Origin: a virus
Length of the DNA stretch: 64,000 bases
Reading direction: 5' to 3' (one strand)
Virus record (IMG/VR): IMGVR_UViG_3300042384_000211
Span: 76,800-140,799 of that record
The translations under genes and the position numbers were made by a program. Positions 57,687-64,000 of this stretch are shown piece after piece. Positions within the stretch are counted from its first letter, which is position 1. The number at the start of each line of letters is the position of its first letter. The notes under the pieces were generated by a model that saw nothing but the letters and a program-made list of their open reading frames with translations, had not been told where the DNA came from and did no database searches.

Positions 57687-59144
57687 TTATTTCCATTCTG
57701 TTTTTTCTATTGCATAAGGATATGAGGCCTCGGAATAGAATTTCTTTCTGACTGTAAGATGCCGTTTAGCAAACTTACAAGTTGATGTTACGTCCCAGAT
57801 TTGGACGAAGTCCTTGTCTTCCGCTTTGCGAATGCCACGTCCGATACTCTGGATGACTCTAACAAAAGATTTACCAGGCTCAATGAGCACAAGGTTAAAA
57901 ACACGAGGAATATTGATGCCGACAGCAGCAACACCATAAGTGGCAACAGCAACAAAGTTATCACTGGTTGCAAACTCATCATAACTGTCTTTTCTATCAT
58001 TTGCTTTTGTTCCTCCTGATACAAACACTGCATCTTTGACCAAGTCAACTAATGCCTTGCCTGGAGCAATTCTATCAACTAATACAAGTGTGTTGCCAGT
58101 TAATCTAATACGCTCTATCATTTTACTTATGTAATTGATACGACTATCGGTCTCTAATAGATATTTTAACTCGCTTTGATAATCTTTATATTCAACGTGA
58201 TCAATTAGTTGTACAACGTTTACGTGACAGTTAGCAAGTACACCCTGGTCTTGTAATTCGCTGGCACTTAATCTGCCTAATACCTCACCTAATGAACACT
58301 TTAGAGCCATAAACTCGTACATTTCTTTAGGTATTGTACCAGTTAAGCCCCACCTAATAGGAATGTGTGCCATAACACTAGTAAGTAGTGTTTTAAGTGC
58401 ATCTGCTTTGGCCATGTGTACTTCATCAACCATTACACAAACAACACCTTCTAAAAATTCCATTATGGTAATGTCTGCTTCGTGTGCTTTGGTATTTTTA
58501 AGCAGGATGTTTAGACTTTGCCAAGTACAAATAGTATGTGTATGTCCAAACTCTTTACGGTCGCCAAAGTACACGCCAACATCTAGGCCTAGGTTAATAT
58601 AGTCTGCTTCAGTTTGTGTAACTAAACTTTTGTTCGGTACAATAACAATGGTACGACCATGCGGTTCGCAACTCCAACTCAATGCGGCTGTGATCAGTGT
58701 TTTACCTGCACCCGTGGCAATCTCCTGTAGACATTGTGGGTTGGCCAAGAACTTGTTGATAATTTCAATTTGATAGTCACGTAGCACCACAGGTTCGCCT
58801 GCAATAGGATGTTTAGCAGGCCATACTTTGTGTGCAAAGGTTTCTTCTGTTACTTCTGTAAACTCAAACTGTGTAGGATAATCACGCAGATCATCCAACT
58901 CAATATCATACCCACGTTCATCTAAGTAGGGCAAGATCTCTGGTAGTAGGTTAGTATATGTGCTACCACCTAACTGAGCGTAGGCTATTTTGCCATCCCA
59001 TCGGCCTAAACGAACTGCTGGCAAGTAACGTGCACCTGGAATTTCGTATTTGAATTTATTAACAAGATACTTTCTATCGTGTAAATCTAATCCAATTAAT
59101 TTACAGTTAACTTCGTCTTTGATTTGTATTATACACTTTGCCAT
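57687..59144 (-). CDS. Superfamily 2 DNA helicase (UvsW-like)
   Basis: LRDYQ, ATGAGKT, DEVH, GLTGT, QSIGRGIR. Confidence 0.93.
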   Translation of the reverse strand: MAKCIIQIKDEVNCKLIGLDLHDRKYLVNKFKYEIPGARYLPAVRLGRWDGKIAYAQLGGSTYTNLLPEILPYLDERGYDIELDDLRDYPTQFEFTEVTEETFAHKVWPAKHPIAGEPVVLRDYQIEIINKFLANPQCLQEIATGAGKTLITAALSWSCEPHGRTIVIVPNKSLVTQTEADYINLGLDVGVYFGDRKEFGHTHTICTWQSLNILLKNTKAHEADITIMEFLEGVVCVMVDEVHMAKADALKTLLTSVMAHIPIRWGLTGTIPKEMYEFMALKCSLGEVLGRLSASELQDQGVLANCHVNVVQLIDHVEYKDYQSELKYLLETDSRINYISKMIERIRLTGNTLVLVDRIAPGKALVDLVKDAVFVSGGTKANDRKDSYDEFATSDNFVAVATYGVAAVGINIPRVFNLVLIEPGKSFVRVIQSIGRGIRKAEDKDFVQIWDVTSTCKFAKRHLTVRKKFYSEASYPYAIEKTEWK

Positions 59145-59270
59145 TTATTTTCCTTATAGTATATAATAGCAAATGTACTCAATGAATGTCAACTATATTT
59201 GATAAATAATAGTGTAGTTCGCGGAACGCCAATTCCCAACTACTCTAACATAAAAGGACTATGTCAGCAA

Positions 59271-59903
59271 ATGTATTTACACAACAAGTATACCCGTTGG
59301 TACAATTCTATTATTACCAAAGCTCAGCATCGGGTATTACCAAAAACATTATATACCGAAACCCATCATATTATTCCAAAATCTTTAGGAGGCAACAATA
59401 CTAAAGATAATTTAGTCAGACTTACAGCAAGAGAGCACTACGTCTGCCATGTACTACTAATCAAAATGTTGTCCGAGAAAGAATTAAAAAGAAAGATGCA
59501 GTTTGCATTAAATTCATTTCGTAGGACAAGTAGTAACCAACAAAGATTAATTCTAAATTCTAAACAGTATGAATTTATACGCAAACAAGTATCACAAGCA
59601 AGAAGTGAAGCAAACAAAGGCAATAAATTTGGAGTTGGCAGAATTGTATCAGCAGAGACTCGGGCAAAAATGTCTGCTTCAAACAAAGGAATAAAGAAGC
59701 GACCACGTACATCAACAGAAAAACTATTAATAAGCCAGCAACATTTTGGCAAGACACTTAGCGAAGAAACTAAACAAAAAATGCGAAAACCAAAGCCGTT
59801 AGGGCACGGCGATAATGTACGAAAGGCAAATTTAGGTAAGAAATTGTCAGAAGAAACTAAACGAAAAATTTCAGACGCACACAAAAAAAGAAACGCCGTT
59901 TAG
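59271..59903 (+). mobile_element. HNH homing endonuclease with NUMOD3 repeats, inverted orientation
   Basis: YTETHHIIPKSLGG..NLVRLTAREH; LSEETK repeats; paralog of 55498..56259. Confidence 0.9.
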
Positions 59904-61018
59904 TTATTTTCTCTTAGTAGGGTATTACAAAGGTAAATTACCTTTTCTGCTCTATTGAGCCATTCCATACGTTTGCCGCCAACCATTAGTTCCTGTGTAC
60001 TAACCAACAACGGAACATCATAATCCCATGTTGCAGGAATCTTGTTAGCATATACTACTTTAACATCATGTATGTTATAATCGCTAGTCTTAGTTTTACC
60101 AGATGTATTAAACCGTACTATGTCTGTTTCATCAAAGCGTGATAGATCTACACCTTTTAATCCCGGATCATATATACACACCGGATATCGATTGGTTATC
60201 TCTGCATAGCTAAAGATCAAATCCAGTGCGCCATCCTGTGGTACTACATGTGTGTTGCGCTGATCTTTAAAGATATCTAACAGTGCTGGACGAACTATGT
60301 TCTCATCGTAGGTATATCCCAAGACCCCCGAATAGTCAATAAGTTTAATACCGTTTTCTAGGCCAAATCCGCCCAATCGTTCGTTTACATAATCGATCAG
60401 ACTCTCAGCAGCATTGGTAATTGTATAGCCACTGGCGGTTCTCACCAGTTTGATTTCGTATGGAGTTTGTTCACAACTAAGAATCTGATCCATTAGATTA
60501 GTAATCAAAGGATCTATTTCAAAGTTATAAGTTGATCCCCAGGTAACAGCCCAATTAATGTTGGCTTCAGTTAGGCCAAACCACCAAACCTTTTCTTCAT
60601 TGTCCCATCGAGTGCTGCCTTGGCTTGTTTTCTTATATTCTTGCAGGCTATCTATTAGGCCACGGTCATAGGGAAAGCGTATACCTATACGTTGATCATC
60701 TAACCAAATTTTACGTGTCCGATCTAATTTGCGTACTGGTAGTCGAAATTGAGGAACTTCAACTGCGGTTACATCTACATTTATTTTAGCAAATTGTCTA
60801 CGATATTTGAGTACCAATCTCACACATAAATCTGCCTGACGATCTGTTAAGGCTCCACCAAATATAGTGTGAGAGCTCATACTATCTACAATCTGTATAT
60901 CGTAGCGAGCCAGACTAAAGTTATACTTAGACATTGGTTGCACAAACAAAGCAGTATTGCCAGGCTCGTATCCTGCTAGCAGTTCTAGATAATCTTCGAC
61001 GTGTTGATAGCTTAACAT
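59900..61018 (-). CDS. Hypothetical protein
   Basis: 372-aa ORF; TTGACA-N17-TATACT promoter at 61025-61053. Confidence 0.75.
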   Translation of the reverse strand: MLSYQHVEDYLELLAGYEPGNTALFVQPMSKYNFSLARYDIQIVDSMSSHTIFGGALTDRQADLCVRLVLKYRRQFAKINVDVTAVEVPQFRLPVRKLDRTRKIWLDDQRIGIRFPYDRGLIDSLQEYKKTSQGSTRWDNEEKVWWFGLTEANINWAVTWGSTYNFEIDPLITNLMDQILSCEQTPYEIKLVRTASGYTITNAAESLIDYVNERLGGFGLENGIKLIDYSGVLGYTYDENIVRPALLDIFKDQRNTHVVPQDGALDLIFSYAEITNRYPVCIYDPGLKGVDLSRFDETDIVRFNTSGKTKTSDYNIHDVKVVYANKIPATWDYDVPLLVSTQELMVGGKRMEWLNRAEKVIYLCNTLLRENN

Positions 61019-61054
61019 ATAATTAGTATATGATAAAAAAAATATGTTGTCAAC

Positions 61055-61870
61055 TTATTTAAAGCTCTGCCAACCTTTGGGATATATTAAATCCCAATCA
61101 ATATCAGTGTCGTATGTTTGTCTAAGAGGTATTATAGTTTTATTTTCTTTTAAATTTTCTATAGATGGAATAAATTTGTGATATTTAACATTGTCCTCAA
61201 ATTTACCGTAGGTACTGCTGGTTCTATCTAATATCATTACGTCTGGATAATTGGCATACAACCAAGTACCATACATTTCATATTCAGAGATAGCAGGAAT
61301 TTTGTATTGGTCGGTAGTTGGTGTGTTTTTATCAACAATTGATTTCCAACTGTAATAACTATCAAATGCGGTAGTCGATTTACGCATCTCTTTGAGATAT
61401 TTACTATCGAATATCATAAAATCAGATATAAAACTATCCCACTGTGGTAAAGATTTTTTTAAACCAAAGAAATCAAAAATTGTATCAAAGTATGGCTGAT
61501 AGCACTCTGTTTCTATATAAAATCTGCGAGCAGTATCTTGAGTCAATTTGAGTTCTGTATTAAAAATAATATCTGCGTCAACATTTAAAATTATATCGTC
61601 GTTTACAAGTTTATCTAAATTTAAAATAGCGTATTGTTTGTCAATCCAACTTAATCGATCTGATGGTATATTTAAAGTTTGACATACTTCAGAATCTGAT
61701 AAGAATGTTATCTGATCAAATCCCATCCAATGATAAAAGGATTCTAATCTTTCAACGTGCGGAGTAATTACAACAATGCCGTCTATAGTTTCTTTTAAAT
61801 TGGTTAAGTGTCTGAGACATAACCCACTAATAAACAAATGATTGCTATTAACAAATATAACAGTCTTCAT
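61055..61870 (-). CDS. GT-A-fold glycosyltransferase-like protein
   Basis: W..Q...L, VDAD (DxD), SEYEMYG. Confidence 0.6.
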   Translation of the reverse strand: MKTVIFVNSNHLFISGLCLRHLTNLKETIDGIVVITPHVERLESFYHWMGFDQITFLSDSEVCQTLNIPSDRLSWIDKQYAILNLDKLVNDDIILNVDADIIFNTELKLTQDTARRFYIETECYQPYFDTIFDFFGLKKSLPQWDSFISDFMIFDSKYLKEMRKSTTAFDSYYSWKSIVDKNTPTTDQYKIPAISEYEMYGTWLYANYPDVMILDRTSSTYGKFEDNVKYHKFIPSIENLKENKTIIPLRQTYDTDIDWDLIYPKGWQSFK

Positions 61871-62694
61871 TAAAGCATGCCCCTGTCACTGTGATATTTC
61901 TTTGTTCGATAGTATAATGACCAACCGTGTTTATCACAGTCAAAATACGGAGGAGTGCGTACCTTTGTTTCCCAATCATGCACCCAAGTAATAGTATCAG
62001 ATATGTTAATAGGATGTGATAGCCCTGGATTAATAATTTCATTGACATAACTTAAATGCTGCAATGGTGACGGGTGATTATCTTCCCACGCTTGTGGATC
62101 GTTTTCTGACCATTTGACACAAATTGGGTTTGGGTTTTGCCAGGCATTCTTACCATATAACTCTGCAACCATGCTAGGTTTAATATTTTGATAGTATCTA
62201 TTATAGGTTAAAAATACATCTTGAAAATCAGATCCAGTAAACAACGTGTCATACTCATCAATTTGAGTCATTGGCATCATTGAAGTAAATAGATATTCAC
62301 ACCCAATATTATCTAATAGATGTGTTGCGCCTGCAATAACACTTGATGTTTTTATTAGTGCGCCGCGTAGGTCAAACCATTGTTTAACCCAATCTTGAGG
62401 ATATACGTTTTGTGTGAAAATGTTGCCTGCTGTTTGCCATTCACCGTTAAAATATCTATCTTCTCTAGCAAAATTAGTCCAACAAATTATAACTAAATCA
62501 TCTTTGGTTATGTTAAATCTAGCATGCGCTTCTGTTAATTTATGGAATGCAAATTCATTGCCACTAGCACATAATCCAAAATTAAAGTAGTTATCTTCAA
62601 TGAAGGTTTTACCAATTATGTCAGCCCATGTGGGCCAATGCCAGCTGGTGAAACTGCAGCCAAATGCAAAAAATCTATTATAGGTCTTCATCAA
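61870..62694 (-). CDS. SGNH-hydrolase-like hypothetical protein
   Basis: FGCSFT, NFG..ASGN, DNHPS. Confidence 0.6.
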   Translation of the reverse strand: MMKTYNRFFAFGCSFTSWHWPTWADIIGKTFIEDNYFNFGLCASGNEFAFHKLTEAHARFNITKDDLVIICWTNFAREDRYFNGEWQTAGNIFTQNVYPQDWVKQWFDLRGALIKTSSVIAGATHLLDNIGCEYLFTSMMPMTQIDEYDTLFTGSDFQDVFLTYNRYYQNIKPSMVAELYGKNAWQNPNPICVKWSENDPQAWEDNHPSPLQHLSYVNEIINPGLSHPINISDTITWVHDWETKVRTPPYFDCDKHGWSLYYRTKKYHSDRGML

Positions 62695-62704
62695 GTATTT
62701 ACTT

Positions 62705-62729
62705 AAAAAAAGTCCGGGTAACCCAGACT
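62705..62729 (-). terminator. Intrinsic terminator
   Basis: AGTCTGGG/CCCGGACT stem followed by a T run on the minus strand. Confidence 0.75.
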
Positions 62730-62778
62730 ATAAGACCATCACACTAGGAGCTAGACAATAGCGTATGATGGGGTAAAA

Positions 62779-62954
62779 CTATTTCTGTCCTTGCACCATT
62801 GAGTAGTTAAGAACAATGATAATCAAATCAAAAATAACACCTAACCAATTACCACGAGCAAAGTCCTGGAAAAACTCTGACGTAAAGTAACCGATAAAAA
62901 CCAACTAATTTGAAAATCGTGCTCAACTAACCACTGATAGATTTTATCAAACAT
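62779..62954 (-). pseudogene. Small membrane-protein gene with an apparent 1-nt frameshift
   Basis: MFDKIYQWLVEHDFQISWF continues as FIGYFTSEFFQDFARGNWLGVIFDLIIIVLNY only if one T is added to a T5 run. Confidence 0.45.
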
Positions 62955-63129
62955 TTGTTTTTCCTTTTTCCAACTTGGTAACAGTATCACCAATTGTATC
63001 AATCAACGTATCAATTTGACGCCATGCTGCATGTAGTCGTCCAATGCAGTATCCTGCTATTGCGCCAAAGAACCAAACAGTAAGAGCGAAACTCCAAGCA
63101 CCGTTAGGACTTAATTCTAACCATTCCAT
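62947..63129 (-). CDS. Small membrane protein
   Basis: MEWLELSPNG, one TM, GGAGG RBS. Confidence 0.6.
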   Translation of the reverse strand: MEWLELSPNGAWSFALTVWFFGAIAGYCIGRLHAAWRQIDTLIDTIGDTVTKLEKGKTNV

Positions 63130-63130
63130 A

Positions 63131-63292
63131 TTATTTTGCCTCCGGAAACAATCCACTGGCAATATCCATTAACACCCAACCCATGGCAAAACAACCTATT
63201 AGGCGTTGTGCTTCTGGATTCCAAACACCAATGCTACCTAAAACTACCAAACCCGCCACACCAAATAAAATTCTTTTTATATAAACTGACAT
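63131..63292 (-). CDS. 53-aa two-TM membrane protein
   Basis: Manual translation MSVYIKRILFGVAGLVVLGSIGVW...; AAGGAG RBS. Confidence 0.65.
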   Translation of the reverse strand: MSVYIKRILFGVAGLVVLGSIGVWNPEAQRLIGCFAMGWVLMDIASGLFPEAK

Positions 63293-63302
63293 ATATTACT
63301 CC

Positions 63303-63434
63303 TTACGCTTTACCGCTTGCTAAAAGAATTACAGTGAGTAGGAACCACCATGCACTCCAACCCTGCCAACCTACTAGGTAAACGGTACCCACTAGTAGGA
63401 TTAAATTGTACGTCATTGACAATAGTAATTTCAT
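63303..63434 (-). CDS. 43-aa membrane protein
   Basis: Manual translation MKLLLSMTYNLILLVGTVYLVGWQGWSAWWFLLTVILLASGKA; TAATG-coupled to the ATPase. Confidence 0.65.
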   Translation of the reverse strand: MKLLLSMTYNLILLVGTVYLVGWQGWSAWWFLLTVILLASGKA

Positions 63435-64000
63435 TATGCTGCCGTCATACAAGTTGTACGTGCCATGCTTTCCCAAGTGTTAGGAAAACTCTTGTATAGC
63501 TGTGCTACTTTAATTGCCATACGCAGACTCATTTCACGCATTTTGTTTTGATTAGCATCCAAAAAGTCAATAATAACTTCTTGTCCTACATCACTGATGC
63601 CCAAGTCTTCAAACATAGCACCTTGTTTAGCAATTTGTCTAATACGTAAAATCTTATCACGCATAGTGTCTAAGGTCAAATCTAAATAGTGACAGCGTGA
63701 CTGTAATGCTTCTAAGTGATCTTTCAAACGTTGTGACTTAACTTGGTCAAACTTCAAGTTAGTGATAAAAATTACACTGCCTTTAAAGATAAAACTTGTA
63801 GGAATGTCTTCTTGTTTCAACACACGTGATTCACTCAACCAGCTAATCTTACGTGACTTGCCGCTGTCTAACGCACCTTTTAGCAAGTTCAAACTAACGT
63901 CATCAAACAAGATGCTATCACAGTCATCAAACACTAACACGCTGTTCTCGTCGCTGTATTCGTACAATTTCTTGTACAAACCAATAGCACTAGCACTACC
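63434..64000 (-). CDS. AAA-family ATPase, 5' part outside the window
   Basis: Walker B VLVFDDCD, LLKGALD, IFITN, ALQSR. Confidence 0.8.
   Translation of the reverse strand, partial: GSASAIGLYKKLYEYSDENSVLVFDDCDSILFDDVSLNLLKGALDSGKSRKISWLSESRVLKQEDIPTSFIFKGSVIFITNLKFDQVKSQRLKDHLEALQSRCHYLDLTLDTMRDKILRIRQIAKQGAMFEDLGISDVGQEVIIDFLDANQNKMREMSLRMAIKVAQLYKSFPNTWESMARTTCMTAA

Noticed and set aside
32372-59144. Inteins or introns in nrdA, nrdB, the helicases and the primase
   Set aside because: The proteins have normal lengths and contiguous motifs
63303-63434. Riboswitch-like RNA around the CCTACTAG/CTAGTAGG hairpin
   Set aside because: The interval is fully explained by a coupled 43-aa membrane-protein ORF
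1-64000. Alternative genetic code (stop-codon reassignment)
   Set aside because: TAA, TAG and TGA all terminate genes at expected positions, and long ORFs are intact under code 11
1-64000. tRNA, rRNA or CRISPR arrays
   Set aside because: No cloverleaf/T-loop signature or regularly spaced repeat-spacer pattern seen by eye; a tRNAscan-SE/Infernal run would be needed to be certain

Overview
This is a 64-kb, AT-rich, almost entirely minus-strand segment of a large lytic, distantly T4-like phage. It carries a gp41-like helicase, gp61-like primase, UvsW-like helicase, NrdAB plus glutaredoxin, tail-fibre and virion genes, TAAATA late promoters and nine free-standing homing endonuclease genes (HEGs). 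The first ~19 kb is dense with host-derived genes. These include a PBP7-like peptidase, a CHASE2 adenylate cyclase, RpoZ, cytochrome c, AhpC with an OxyR-type box, and a Pho-box-preceded porin + PlcP-like phospholipase unit. It also holds a general porin, a curli cassette (CsgF, CsgG, two curlin-repeat proteins, FecR-domain protein), ClpS, Hsp20, DnaK and bS21. Two signals are missed by the ORF track. (1) A 23-aa pqqA gene (4334-4405, MWTTPAATEMRFGFEVTLYVMNR) encodes the precursor peptide of the methanol-dehydrogenase cofactor PQQ; it points to a Methylophilaceae host and possibly to viral boosting of methylotrophy. (2) iscU is broken right after Cys37-Gly38 by an 8-nt insertion that creates an overlapping stop/restart (ATGA), directly downstream of an HNH gene. 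Other HEGs left duplicated or replaced gene ends (primase N-terminus, nrdA C-terminus). No tRNA, rRNA or CRISPR array was recognised. All family calls come from motif recognition by eye; no database searches were run.
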